Below are positions 27,450 through 37,108 of a DNA stretch of 64,000 nt, piece after piece. Location of the stretch: positions 62,001 through 126,000 of IMG/VR virus record IMGVR_UViG_3300030419_004471, one strand, 5' to 3'. The translations under genes were made by a program, and so were the position numbers. A model generated the notes under the pieces. It saw only the letters and a list, made by a program, of their open reading frames with translations. It was not told where the DNA came from and did no database searches. Each line of letters starts with the position of its first letter. Position 1 is the stretch's first letter.

Positions 27450-29522
27450 TTAAAATAAAGTTTTTTTAGATTCATCCCAAGTACCTTTTCCTTCCCATTT
27501 AAAATCAAAGCTGAAATCTTTTGTTTTGTTAAGAAATCGTTCTTCTGCATATAACTCTTTCACTTCGTTTTCGGTTCTACTACCATCTTCCCATTTTGGT
27601 TTTGCGAAGGTTCTTGCTCTTTCTATTAGTGAGGATTTTTGTTGTGAGAAATCCATAACCTTAAATGGTCTATCTTTGGGTTGAGTATATTTTGCTTTTA
27701 TTTTACAAAACCAATCTCCTTCTTTATTTATCTTAAAATAATATTCTGCATCATATGGAGATTCCAATGCGGCTCCGAATTCTAACTCATCTATCTTTTT
27801 ATCGAATTTTAATTCCATCTCATATCCTCCTCTTGCTCTCCATAATATTTCAAATAATGTAAATGGTTCTTTTATTAAAGAATCAGCAAACACATTTAGG
27901 TTTGTGTTTAATATTTTTAGTTCGGTATCGTTATAATCAATTTTATTAAATACACTCGGGTCATCATATTTTATATTATATAGTTTTCGTAAATTTGGTC
28001 TATCCCATATTTTAATTGTTGAATCGGGTTGTACCTCAATCAATAGAATATCAAAGGCCTTTTGTCTAGTTAACATATGTGGCTTACCAAATGAAAAATC
28101 ATTTCTTATAAAATTCATATCATATGTAAAATTCGCTAATCCAAATTTTTCTGGGTTTTGTCCCACAATCGTTTCTGCACTTAGTATAAACCCTGGATTA
28201 GAACCAATACCTGTCATCTTATTTCTATTTTTGTAAATAAAGGTTAGGGTTGATTTGTGGTCTATTCTTCTTTCCGTTGGGAATCCATTTATAAATGTCG
28301 TAAATGTATCAATACCTGCTTCTTTAAAATCAAGAAAGTTTTTATCCATTATCTCCCTAGTCATTCTTTTACTCATATCCTCAAGCACTTTGTTACTTGC
28401 GCTTTCACCTCCAATCTTTAATAAAAAGCATCCTGATTTCTTTAATAGTTTAAGATATTCTAAATCCATTCGTTTATCACATCTTGCGAACCCAGCCCAC
28501 TTTATATCTAGTCCTCTTTCTATAATTCCTTCTGCAAACTCTGTTAATGCTTTTAGGTTTCCGTTTACTAAACTATCTAAAAACCAAATAACATTAGTAC
28601 CTTTCGTTTTATTGAGATGTTCTATTTCATCTAATGCGGATGTAGAACTTCTTTGTCTGTATTTCCAAAAGTGAGTCTCTGAACAAAACGTACACTTAGC
28701 TATACATCCTCTACTGAATTCTGTAAGTAATCCATTTGGCATTTCGTATTTTGAAAAATCAAAATCTTTATAGTTTGGTATAGGAAAGTTGTTAAGGTTT
28801 ATTCTTTGATTTATCGGTTGTGTTAGAAGCTTCATACCCTTATGATTCATCTTACCATTATCAATCTCTTCTAATATATCTAATATTATTAATTCGGATT
28901 CCCCTACAATACCATATTGAAAAAGTGGTTTGTTATTGTATGAGTAAATTTTACCTTGCTCAATATCGTGCTTTCTAAAATGTAGATTAGGTCCTCCGCA
29001 TATGAATGTGGTGTTTGGTAATCTTTTTCTTAGTTCAGTTGCAAACCACTGTACTGGCCCTTCATTACAATAATATAAAGTAAACCCAATTACTTTTGGA
29101 TTTGCTCTTACTATTTTGTTTATGTACTTTTTTAATATTTTAGATACTGGTTTTTCTAAATGCTTTGGATATTCATTTATTTCCCATCGTTGTAGGTGGT
29201 GTGGATTAAATGGGTCAAATGGAGTTATCCCGTCTTTTACCCAACTACGAGATTGTTGATATACTTCAATGTTTAAATCTAAACAAGATGATTTATATCC
29301 GGCCTCATTTACAAGGGATGATAATCTTGCTATGTTATATGGAGGTAAGTCATAAGCCCATTCGGGTAATAATAGAAACAATACATCTGAGTTTCTCTTT
29401 AACTTTTGAATGTGTACATCCGTTAAGTTTTTAGTAGAAGGCTGTGCGTGCTTCTTTATTTCTTCAAAAAATAAAACATCCGAATTCATATTAAAAATAT
29501 ATTTTCTTTTTAGCTGCTCCAA
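27450..29522 (-). CDS. Cobalamin-binding radical SAM protein
   Basis: LPPYNIARLSS, IGFTLY, ICGGP B12-binding module; FSRGCIAKCTFC; GGESAS; INGFPTE. Confidence 0.9.
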   Translation of the reverse strand: MEQLKRKYIFNMNSDVLFFEEIKKHAQPSTKNLTDVHIQKLKRNSDVLFLLLPEWAYDLPPYNIARLSSLVNEAGYKSSCLDLNIEVYQQSRSWVKDGITPFDPFNPHHLQRWEINEYPKHLEKPVSKILKKYINKIVRANPKVIGFTLYYCNEGPVQWFATELRKRLPNTTFICGGPNLHFRKHDIEQGKIYSYNNKPLFQYGIVGESELIILDILEEIDNGKMNHKGMKLLTQPINQRINLNNFPIPNYKDFDFSKYEMPNGLLTEFSRGCIAKCTFCSETHFWKYRQRSSTSALDEIEHLNKTKGTNVIWFLDSLVNGNLKALTEFAEGIIERGLDIKWAGFARCDKRMDLEYLKLLKKSGCFLLKIGGESASNKVLEDMSKRMTREIMDKNFLDFKEAGIDTFTTFINGFPTERRIDHKSTLTFIYKNRNKMTGIGSNPGFILSAETIVGQNPEKFGLANFTYDMNFIRNDFSFGKPHMLTRQKAFDILLIEVQPDSTIKIWDRPNLRKLYNIKYDDPSVFNKIDYNDTELKILNTNLNVFADSLIKEPFTLFEILWRARGGYEMELKFDKKIDELEFGAALESPYDAEYYFKINKEGDWFCKIKAKYTQPKDRPFKVMDFSQQKSSLIERARTFAKPKWEDGSRTENEVKELYAEERFLNKTKDFSFDFKWEGKGTWDESKKTLF

Positions 29523-29973
29523 TCATATCTCTAAATGTATGAATCGATATGGATTGAAATCCTTTTACTTTAGATGCCCTATACCACATCTTATCATTCC
29601 AATCATCACAATATGCTATAAGTGATTCATAACCTTTTTTGTAAAACATATTGTTTGTTGATTCATAAAACTTATCAGATATTCCATCTTTTCGTTTGGT
29701 GCTAATAAATAGATTAAACGAATATATGTTTGGTCTTACACTATAGAACCATCTCAATCCTATTGGATTGTTGTTATCATATAACATCATACAAATACAC
29801 CCATCCTTAAATCTTTGTATGATATCTTTCTTTGTGTACATATCCTTCCATTTTATCTCTTTCTTTATGGTAAGCATTAACTGAATCAAATCGGGTGTTA
29901 GTTCTGTAACTTCCCTAATATCAATATCCTTATGTTCCTTTGATTCGGCTAAGTTTATTTTATAGTACTTCAT
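29491..29973 (-). CDS. GNAT-like hypothetical protein
   Basis: PIGLRWF, KRKDGIS, WNDK..YRASKVKGF. Confidence 0.45.
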   Translation of the reverse strand: MKYYKINLAESKEHKDIDIREVTELTPDLIQLMLTIKKEIKWKDMYTKKDIIQRFKDGCICMMLYDNNNPIGLRWFYSVRPNIYSFNLFISTKRKDGISDKFYESTNNMFYKKGYESLIAYCDDWNDKMWYRASKVKGFQSISIHTFRDMIGAAKKKIYF

Positions 29974-30253
29974 TTATATGCCTATTATCCAAGTGTATTA
30001 TGTTCCCTAAGTGTAGTTCCCATCTATCTTTTATTTTAACCTCATTACATTCTACTACCATATGAGTTGGGTTTTTATGGTAAGCGTATTGAAAGAATAT
30101 TAATTTAATATCCTTGCCATGCAATCTTCTATTCCAATAATCAGTTCTATCTCTGTATTCAATCTTCTTCGAACCATTCATTATTCTAACGAAGGGGTCT
30201 TTCATTAGAACCAAATGTAATACTTCTTTACCTTCCCAAATCATATTATCCAA
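29960..30253 (-). CDS. ASCH domain protein
   Basis: FVRIMNGSKKIEYRD..YWNRRL. Confidence 0.75.
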   Translation of the reverse strand: MDNMIWEGKEVLHLVLMKDPFVRIMNGSKKIEYRDRTDYWNRRLHGKDIKLIFFQYAYHKNPTHMVVECNEVKIKDRWELHLGNIIHLDNRHINEVL

Positions 30254-30968
30254 ATATTTCTACACGAATATCCTTCATCATTTCAAATCCTCTTTCTGCT
30301 AGATGTTGTCTACCTTCATCAATCATCTTAGTCCATCCACAATAATAAACAATTGGTTTCTCTTTCATACTATCTATGATTGGTAAGTATGCACTATGTA
30401 CATATCCATTGTGACCATCCCATTGTTCTTTTGATAAACAAGGTATATATTCAAAGTTAGGAATTATCTTTTCAAAGTTCTTCATCTCTTCGTAATACGG
30501 AATATCCTCTTTGGTACGAGTTCCAAAAAACAATTTGAGATTCTTCGTTGGTATTTTGTTCTTAGCAATATATCCTAACATAGAGCGGAATGGTGATATA
30601 CCAGAGCCAGTACTTACAAAGTATATATCTCTATCTATCTTATCGGGTAGAGTGAATACACCCATAGGTCCTTTATAAACTATCTCATCACCAATCTCAA
30701 TTTCGTTGAATAGGTATTCGCTCATTAACCCACCCTTTAGATAAGTGATAATAAGTTCAAATCTATTCGTACCATCAGCCCAAGAGGCAATCGAATAATT
30801 TCTTTTTATAATATTGTGGTTTCCGAATTTTTTAAGTTGATGTTTGGCAAGTAGTTGTACTAACATACCTGATTCAAACTTTAATTCATCATAAAGGGGT
30901 GATTCGAATATAAACCTCCAATTTGATTTGGTTTCTTTTATTATATCTACTAATACTGCAACATTCAT
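30246..30968 (-). CDS. FAD/NAD(P)-binding oxidoreductase (ferredoxin-NADP reductase family)
   Basis: RNYSIAS, GGLMSEYL, GPMGVF, STGSGISPF, LFFGTRT, YYCGW. Confidence 0.9.
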   Translation of the reverse strand: MNVAVLVDIIKETKSNWRFIFESPLYDELKFESGMLVQLLAKHQLKKFGNHNIIKRNYSIASWADGTNRFELIITYLKGGLMSEYLFNEIEIGDEIVYKGPMGVFTLPDKIDRDIYFVSTGSGISPFRSMLGYIAKNKIPTKNLKLFFGTRTKEDIPYYEEMKNFEKIIPNFEYIPCLSKEQWDGHNGYVHSAYLPIIDSMKEKPIVYYCGWTKMIDEGRQHLAERGFEMMKDIRVEIFG

Positions 30969-30991
30969 TTTTTTATAATTCTATATACTTA

Positions 30992-31049
30992 TACTTGACT
31001 ACTTGACTACTTGACAGACAGCAAAGACACTGACAACTGACTACTGACT
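30992..31049. repeat. Short imperfect tandem repeats
   Basis: TACTTGAC x3 followed by CTGACAA CTGACTA CTGACTA. Confidence 0.7.
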
Positions 31050-31275
31050 AAGTAAGGGGTGGCCATTTCTTTCGTAAAAGGTTATAAAGTCTCATTCTTA
31101 ATTCCGTTTCTTTTGGGAATTTCTTTTCAAACAATTCAATATACTTAACACAACTCTTATGTTGTAAGAGATTATCCGTACTATCGATTATGTTCAATCC
31201 TCTCATATACGCATAATGTACATCAACCCCTTCATCTGTCGGAGTCGAATTTTTAAAAAAATTTTTAATCTTCAT
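31048..31275 (-). CDS. Hypothetical protein
   Basis: ORF after tRNA-Cys. Confidence 0.55.
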   Translation of the reverse strand: MKIKNFFKNSTPTDEGVDVHYAYMRGLNIIDSTDNLLQHKSCVKYIELFEKKFPKETELRMRLYNLLRKKWPPLT

Positions 31276-31295
31276 TTATTTGATAGTTTTAGTTG

Positions 31296-31366
31296 AGGTG
31301 GAGATAGGATTCGAACCTATGTAAGAAGATTTGCAGTCTGCCACCTAGCCGCTCGGTCACTCCACC
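31296..31366 (-). tRNA. trnC: tRNA-Cys(GCA)
   Basis: GGTGGAG/CTCCACC acceptor stem, U73 discriminator, CT-GCA-AA loop, GGTTCGAATCC; one mismatch in the anticodon stem. Confidence 0.9.
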
Positions 31367-31371
31367 ATTCG

Positions 31372-31500
31372 TTATTCACAATCGCAACAACAATCATCGC
31401 CACAAGTGACCTTCTTCTTATCCTTTAATCCAAAGATGAGCATAAGCATAATACCTGCCATTACACCCAATACTAAAGTTCCTTCCATTAATATACTCAT
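31372..31500 (-). CDS. Small membrane protein with Cys-rich tail (42 aa)
   Basis: TM helix followed by KKKVTCGDDCCCDCE. Confidence 0.55.
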   Translation of the reverse strand: MSILMEGTLVLGVMAGIMLMLIFGLKDKKKVTCGDDCCCDCE

Positions 31501-31527
31501 ACTTATATATATATTTATCTTTTAAAT

Positions 31528-31776
31528 ATGTCCTTACTCACATTAGAACAACGATACGATAGAGTTAACAATGAAAAGAATATCATTGTTGCCTCTGATA
31601 TGTCTGTTCATCTTGTTTCTCATATCACTATGTTGAGAGATTGTGTAGTGGTACATACTGAAGGTAATCTTATTTATATAGATACCGAAGTCTTTACCTA
31701 TGATGAATTATATCAAGCTGAGGTGGAGGTAGATACTCTTCTTACCGAGCTTGATTTGAAATCCCCAATGTGTTAA
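31528..31776 (+). CDS. Hypothetical protein (one of two likely plus-strand genes)
   Basis: Occupies otherwise empty space; TACTTATA/TATTTATC upstream on the plus strand; stop abuts the convergent gene. Confidence 0.6.
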   Translation: MSLLTLEQRYDRVNNEKNIIVASDMSVHLVSHITMLRDCVVVHTEGNLIYIDTEVFTYDELYQAEVEVDTLLTELDLKSPMC

Positions 31777-31992
31777 CTACAATCCCAAGTTGTTATTATC
31801 GTTATTCATTAATTCATCTATTATCCTATAAATGAATAAACAAAATGTAATAGGCCATAGGAGGAAATTCATACCTCTTTCTCGCCAACCCCAAGGTAGT
31901 GATTCCTCTTCCATATCTTTATTGTTTGTAGTCAACCACTCTAAAGTCATTACCCACATACATCCAAATAAAAAATAAGTCGATAGTTCCAT
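31777..31992 (-). CDS. Small membrane protein
   Basis: Two hydrophobic segments. Confidence 0.55.
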   Translation of the reverse strand: MELSTYFLFGCMWVMTLEWLTTNNKDMEEESLPWGWRERGMNFLLWPITFCLFIYRIIDELMNNDNNNLGL

Positions 31993-32276
31993 TACTTTGG
32001 TATATCCTTTATAAACTTTGTTATCTTATGTATCATAGATATAAAAATAGCTAATCCTATTCCTCCTGCGAATATTCTAGCATTATTAGCAAAGGGTTTC
32101 ATAGCGTACATATAAGCTACTAACGCCATAAAATCTATTATAACCATAACCACCGGTACTCCCAATCCTAAGTCTTTTCCAAACTTTATTGTTATATGGA
32201 ATACCAAGTATGTTATTTGTAGTAATAGTAATACTACTCCAAACCCTAGCAAAAAATCTATTAGCTCTACATTCAT
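31992..32276 (-). CDS. 3-TM membrane protein
   Basis: Hydrophobic helices; TAATG coupling. Confidence 0.6.
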   Translation of the reverse strand: MNVELIDFLLGFGVVLLLLQITYLVFHITIKFGKDLGLGVPVVMVIIDFMALVAYMYAMKPFANNARIFAGGIGLAIFISMIHKITKFIKDIPK

Positions 32277-32277
32277 C

Positions 32278-32448
32278 TTATATATGTTTTATCTCCTGTT
32301 TCTAAATCTTCTACTTCTACCGAAATTTCGCAGTACTCTCCACATTGTGGACAGTTAACTAAGTCTAACGACAGAATCGCACCGCATCCGTTACAATTGT
32401 TATTATCCATCGGATATGAGTGATGAACTAAATCTTTTAAAAAATCCA
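32278..32448 (-). CDS. Small Zn-ribbon protein (56 aa)
   Basis: CNGCGAILSLDLVNCPQCG. Confidence 0.6.
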
Positions 32449-32622
32449 TTTAATTACAGTCCACCAAAACCCTATAGTGAATAATGTGATTCCCCACCAT
32501 ACTAATGCTTTAGTGTAATCTCTGTTTTGTTTCATTTGATTTATTCTTTAATTTCTTTTTATTAATGAAATCAACTCTATCTTTAATTGTTTTCATTCTT
32601 AACATTTCTTTATCTAAGTCTT

Positions 32623-33069
32623 TTAGTTTAGCCATTTCTTCATTACTATGTTATTCACTTTAAATCCATTCTTTTCATAGAAGGGTTCTAACTCTGGTTT
32701 ACAGAATAGGGATACTCTAAAACAATCTTCCATTTCTGCTATATAGAGTAACTCCTCAATTAACTTTATACCTACTCCACTACCTCTAAGTTTTTTATCT
32801 ACTACCACATCTTCTATATGTCCAGCTACCTCACCTCTTATTTTGTTTTCGATAACTATACTTCCGTATGCCACAACTTCATCACCTATAAGACCAACAA
32901 CTGCGTTAGAGCTGGTATTAGCTTTGAATTTATGCCAAGCCTTTGTTGTATCAAAGTTATGTATTTTACTTTCACTTAATTGGTTTAGTAGAAGAACCAC
33001 TTGGGTCATATGATACTGTCGTATCGGTCTAAACTTTACATCTATTTTTTCTTTTTCTTTGGAATCCAT
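32623..33069 (-). CDS. GNAT acetyltransferase, glucosamine-6-phosphate N-acetyltransferase-like
   Basis: IENKIRG..GHIEDVVVDKKLRGSGVG; C....PFYEKNGF. Confidence 0.85.
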   Translation of the reverse strand: MDSKEKEKIDVKFRPIRQYHMTQVVLLLNQLSESKIHNFDTTKAWHKFKANTSSNAVVGLIGDEVVAYGSIVIENKIRGEVAGHIEDVVVDKKLRGSGVGIKLIEELLYIAEMEDCFRVSLFCKPELEPFYEKNGFKVNNIVMKKWLN

Positions 33070-33224
33070 TCTATTACATCTGTTATTTTATATTCGAATT
33101 GTTTTATTAGTTCTTTGTTACCTCCACCGAACTTAGCCTTTTCTCTTTCGATTAAGCCAGTCAAGTCGTTTATTATTCTTTCTTGTCTCTTTTTTTGTTT
33201 CGGTGTTAATTTTACTTCTGCCAT
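33042..33224 (-). CDS. Hypothetical protein
   Basis: ORF in packed run. Confidence 0.5.
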   Translation of the reverse strand: MAEVKLTPKQKKRQERIINDLTGLIEREKAKFGGGNKELIKQFEYKITDVIEWIPKKKKK

Positions 33225-33424
33225 ATTTTATGTTTTTTCTTATATTTCTCTACAAATGATTTTCCTACTCCCACATCATAAATCTCGGCATCATTAGGAA
33301 TAAGTGGTTTTCTCTTTCTTGCGTTAAGAATATCATCTACATTACATTCGAAGGTTTCCACTTTAACCTTTTTTCCATATTTTAATTTATACGCTACTAC
33401 CACGCATTTCTTAGGATGTTCCAT
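33212..33424 (-). CDS. Hypothetical protein
   Basis: ORF in packed run. Confidence 0.55.
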   Translation of the reverse strand: MEHPKKCVVVAYKLKYGKKVKVETFECNVDDILNARKRKPLIPNDAEIYDVGVGKSFVEKYKKKHKIWQK

Positions 33425-33582
33425 ACGATAAACGCATTAGCTGTTACTGCTTGTAATACTATTAATGTTCTAAAGAAAGCTACCCAATCAGCTTCTTTAT
33501 TGTTTCCAACCTTTTCACCTAAAGCTTTCGCCCATAGTCTCCATAGTTTTTTCATCTCTCTATTCTTTTTATTCCTCCCCAT
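33397..33582 (-). CDS. Small membrane protein
   Basis: LWRLWAKALGEK...hydrophobic C-terminus. Confidence 0.55.
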   Translation of the reverse strand: MGRNKKNREMKKLWRLWAKALGEKVGNNKEADWVAFFRTLIVLQAVTANAFIVWNILRNAW

Positions 33583-33908
33583 CTATCTACATTTACAAAT
33601 GTAATCTTATCTACTGTTATTATCATCTTCTTTGTCTGTTTGTTTCTTACTACTAGTTTAACTTTAATACTACTGTTTCCTAGCTCTATCAATTCACATC
33701 CAAATTCTATTATATCTCCTACCATTACAGGTGATACAAACTCTATCTCTGACATTGCTTTGGTTACAAGGTGAGGAGTATCTGCTTGGCAGAATGCGAA
33801 TATAGCCGCTTCCTCATCTATCCATTTTAGTAATTGTCCTCCAAATAAAGTACCCCTTGCGTTTAAGTCGGTTGGTTTAACTAATTTTCTTGTTTTATAT
33901 TGCATCAT
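33552..33908 (-). CDS. Acyl-CoA thioesterase (hotdog fold)
   Basis: VKPTDLNARGTLFGGQLLKWIDEEAAI; TFVNVD. Confidence 0.88.
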   Translation of the reverse strand: MMQYKTRKLVKPTDLNARGTLFGGQLLKWIDEEAAIFAFCQADTPHLVTKAMSEIEFVSPVMVGDIIEFGCELIELGNSSIKVKLVVRNKQTKKMIITVDKITFVNVDRWGGIKRIER

Positions 33909-33914
33909 CTAAAT

Positions 33915-34247
33915 TTAAAGATATTGTGGTCCGAAATAACTAAATTTTGCACTTCCATCGAAAATGTTTCCTCTACTATGTTTCGCTGGTGTTTTCCAAT
34001 CTGCTGCTTTTAATAAATCTCCCTTACAAACTAATGCTCCTTTATGTACTCCTTCGTACATAGATACAAATCCCCAAACTGAACTACCTTTCGTTACTTT
34101 GATGAACTTCCTACCTTTTGAGTAGGTTAGGGGATGGTATGTTCCACCAAATCGTTTTTGGTGTTCAGACTTTAATTCTTGATTGGTTCTATCCAACCAT
34201 ATTGTAAACTGACTTCTCTCCATTATTATATTTTTTCTTGTCCCCAA
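33915..34247 (-). CDS. Conserved phage hypothetical protein
   Basis: KFIKV...VWGFV...GDLLKAA.WK.PAK..RGNIF. Confidence 0.6.
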   Translation of the reverse strand: MGTRKNIIMERSQFTIWLDRTNQELKSEHQKRFGGTYHPLTYSKGRKFIKVTKGSSVWGFVSMYEGVHKGALVCKGDLLKAADWKTPAKHSRGNIFDGSAKFSYFGPQYL

Positions 34248-34513
34248 ATATCATAATCTTGGGCTTCTAAATCTGCTTCGTAGTCAAAGACATCTTTACG
34301 GATGTTATAACAATATAACCTTCCACAATCATCGTCATCATCTACGAGTTCTTCATCTATAACCCAACCATACGGAAGGATTTTCTGTAGTGTATCCATA
34401 TCAATCTCACTCCAGTATCCAAATCGGAAAGATAATCCTTTACCATCTCCCGATATCTCAAAAGAGCCAAGCTCTTTATTTATTTTTTTAAGTGTTTTAA
34501 ATTCTAATCGCAT
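34226..34513 (-). CDS. Hypothetical acidic protein
   Basis: ORF in packed run. Confidence 0.55.
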   Translation of the reverse strand: MRLEFKTLKKINKELGSFEISGDGKGLSFRFGYWSEIDMDTLQKILPYGWVIDEELVDDDDDCGRLYCYNIRKDVFDYEADLEAQDYDIWGQEKI

Positions 34514-34514
34514 A

Positions 34515-34832
34515 TTAATATCCTATAAAGTTTATGTTTTCATCAATATTTTCTACCCACCCCTTTTTAACGGCATATGGGAACTCATCGTTTAACCAAT
34601 AGTTTTGAACTTCGTTTAGGTGGGACAGGCAATCTTCGTATAGTTCGGAGGTATCAAATCCCTCACCATAACTAATACCACCACAAAGTACTATTAATTC
34701 GTTTAGGATATCAAAGTTATTGTGGTTTTTTTCTATTGCTTCTTCAATTTTCTCCTTCATCAAACTAGCTACGAAATCATTATATTCGTACATCTCTTTT
34801 GACCAGGGTTTTGTAATGTTAGGTTTTACCAT
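34515..34832 (-). CDS. Hypothetical protein
   Basis: ORF after promoter copy 6. Confidence 0.6.
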   Translation of the reverse strand: MVKPNITKPWSKEMYEYNDFVASLMKEKIEEAIEKNHNNFDILNELIVLCGGISYGEGFDTSELYEDCLSHLNEVQNYWLNDEFPYAVKKGWVENIDENINFIGY

Positions 34833-34858
34833 TTTAGTATTTTAAATTATTTACATAG

Positions 34859-34889
34859 TAAATATACGAAAAAAATTTCACATATCCAA
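34859..34889 (-). promoter_or_regulatory. Bacteroidota sigmaA-type promoter (copy 6)
   Basis: TTGG-N19-TATATTTA. Confidence 0.8.
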
Positions 34890-34949
34890 GGAAAAAGTTA
34901 ATTATTTTTCAATTTTTTTTAAGTTAGTTTTCTATTTAAGACTAAGAAA

Positions 34950-35144
34950 ATGAATATTAATGAAGAACCACGTAAATTTACCCCAGAAGAAGTCGATGCT
35001 ATAGCTAAGTATATCTTTATATTTCAGATTTCTTATCTAATGTTAATATTATTTATGTGGTACACTGGAGGATTTGATGAGGGAAGTTCATATTTTAAGG
35101 GTTTCGCTAAAATACTTGACTTTTTTAAAGATATTATTCTCTAA
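34950..35144 (+). CDS. Small membrane protein (plus strand)
   Basis: Fills the gap between minus-strand units; single TM helix. Confidence 0.5.
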   Translation: MNINEEPRKFTPEEVDAIAKYIFIFQISYLMLILFMWYTGGFDEGSSYFKGFAKILDFFKDIIL

Positions 35145-35209
35145 TGATTGAACTACTTTTCCTATTTTTTATAATAATTTACTTCAGAAAGTTCTTAATG
35201 AGCATGTGG

Positions 35210-36046
35210 TTAAAATAAAGTTTTCTTTGTGAAATACTCTCCTCCATTTTGAGATGATAATATTACCGCTAATCTTTTTCCAATAGATAAATGTCCCTTT
35301 TCTGAGTAGTGTCTATCATCAATTTCTCCGTTTGTAGCTTCATCGATTCGTTCTGGAGTTCCATATGCATATGCTACTTCGGTAGAAGAAGCTTTTCCTT
35401 CTTCTGTCCACATATCGATAACCTCAAATGGTAGGTTTTTATAATCCCACCAATCCTCGTCTGCGTAAAATTTTCTGTAATGTTGGTAACTAAACGGAGT
35501 CCAAAAGACTGTATCCTTTGGTAAGACTAATTTTAATAGATTCTGCCAATCACTTATTTCTTTTAGTGTGGCATAACACATTCTTCGTGCAGTTTGTTTC
35601 TCTATAAACGGGTGCATTTTCTCATCTGACTCTTCTTCTGTACCAAAGCTTGGACTTGCTGGTAGCCAAGATGGGTCAAATGATGGATGGTTCTTTTGCA
35701 TCCAAGGCCCATTTTCTCTTTTTGAGTTCTCCTCTGCTATAAATCTCCATCGTGCAATACTTGACCAACCAATTAAAACTATATCATCTTTTTTAATTTC
35801 TCTAAAATGATAGCATATAGTTTGTAGTATTGTGTAATTATCGAAGCCACCTATTGCATAGTTTCTAACTTCTTCTATTTTAGGTCCGTTTTCTGAATTT
35901 ATAATTGATGTGAATGTTTCAGCGAAGTGATGAGGTATTTTATTTAGATATTTACAATATTGTACTTGAGGGTAAGATTCTGTTCTCTTTAGAACTCCTT
36001 TCCAAGATTCAGAAAAGGAGTCTCCAAATATCCATAGTGTTCTCAT
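35210..36046 (-). CDS. SGNH/GDSL-like protein (paralog 3)
   Basis: LWIFGDSFS; NYAIGGFDN; DDRHYSEKGH. Confidence 0.65.
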   Translation of the reverse strand: MRTLWIFGDSFSESWKGVLKRTESYPQVQYCKYLNKIPHHFAETFTSIINSENGPKIEEVRNYAIGGFDNYTILQTICYHFREIKKDDIVLIGWSSIARWRFIAEENSKRENGPWMQKNHPSFDPSWLPASPSFGTEEESDEKMHPFIEKQTARRMCYATLKEISDWQNLLKLVLPKDTVFWTPFSYQHYRKFYADEDWWDYKNLPFEVIDMWTEEGKASSTEVAYAYGTPERIDEATNGEIDDRHYSEKGHLSIGKRLAVILSSQNGGEYFTKKTLF

Positions 36047-36086
36047 AAAAAAACAGTTAGCGTAACTGGTTGTAGTTTTTACTTCC

Positions 36087-36296
36087 TTATGCTTTCCAAA
36101 TTCTCATAGTCTCATTGTCAAGACCCATTTCTTCTTGGATTTCTGATAAATCTGTCCACTCTGCATCATAGAATCTTAATTCGTTTCCATCACATAGACC
36201 AGTTTCTTCATCATAGTTTTCTGCGCGCCATGTGTCGAACTCTTCATCAGTCCACTCATGCACTACTTCACCTTTAATGTTTAATAATTGTCCCAT
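36087..36296 (-). CDS. Hypothetical acidic protein
   Basis: ORF with upstream TATTTATA motif. Confidence 0.55.
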   Translation of the reverse strand: MGQLLNIKGEVVHEWTDEEFDTWRAENYDEETGLCDGNELRFYDAEWTDLSEIQEEMGLDNETMRIWKA

Positions 36297-36353
36297 AATT
36301 TTTCTCCTATTAATAGTTAATATAAATGTACTTGTACCTATATAAATATTAAA

Positions 36354-36548
36354 TTAATTAATTTCAACACCTCTTTTATCAAGTTCTCGTTTAATAACGT
36401 TCTTTTTTCTTGGTGTTGATTGGTACAATTTAAGTAACTCTTCCGTAGATGTTCCACTAACTGTATAATGTTTCCATATCCACTTATTAGTCATTCTACC
36501 GTTCTTATCTCGTTTGTATTCTTTTGTACTTGGTTTTAGCTTTGGCAT
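36354..36548 (-). CDS. Hypothetical basic protein
   Basis: ORF in packed run. Confidence 0.55.
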   Translation of the reverse strand: MPKLKPSTKEYKRDKNGRMTNKWIWKHYTVSGTSTEELLKLYQSTPRKKNVIKRELDKRGVEIN

Positions 36549-36705
36549 CGTATTGTCTTAAAAATTATCTTTGTCCAACCACTTAAACAAGAGATGCATA
36601 AATAACCAAAATCCCATAAACATAAAAATAATCTTTAGTGTTAACATCACTCTCCCAATTGTTAGCTTGGTAACTAAAGATGGTTGGCTCTTTGTAGAAT
36701 AAATA

Positions 36706-37047
36706 TTAGGGGATTTGTGATTCCATTAAAGTTGTTAGTCCTCCGATACTCCAACCCTTCTTTTCGTAATAATGTGTGGAATCAGGTAAGCAGTATGCAA
36801 TCACTTTATATCCTTTGTAATTCTCTTTACAATATTCCATTCTTGCATTCCATAATTTTGTATAAACTCCGTTACCTCTGTACTCCTCCATCACAAATGC
36901 GCTGGAGAATTTTAATGTTTTATCTGATAAGAATATTAGTTTAACCCAACCTATGGCTGAACCTTCATATAAGGCAATCCATCCACACTCGTTTTTGGGG
37001 GTAGGTGTGGTACCTGGTAATTGATAAGATATAATGTCTACATTCAT
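36706..37047 (-). CDS. GNAT acetyltransferase
   Basis: AFVMEEYRGNGVYTKL; HYYEKKGW. Confidence 0.85.
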   Translation of the reverse strand: MNVDIISYQLPGTTPTPKNECGWIALYEGSAIGWVKLIFLSDKTLKFSSAFVMEEYRGNGVYTKLWNARMEYCKENYKGYKVIAYCLPDSTHYYEKKGWSIGGLTTLMESQIP

Positions 37048-37108
37048 TTGTATATACTTCCATCAAAATAGTTGGGATGTTAAAAGAATAAATATAGAAA
37101 ATATATAC

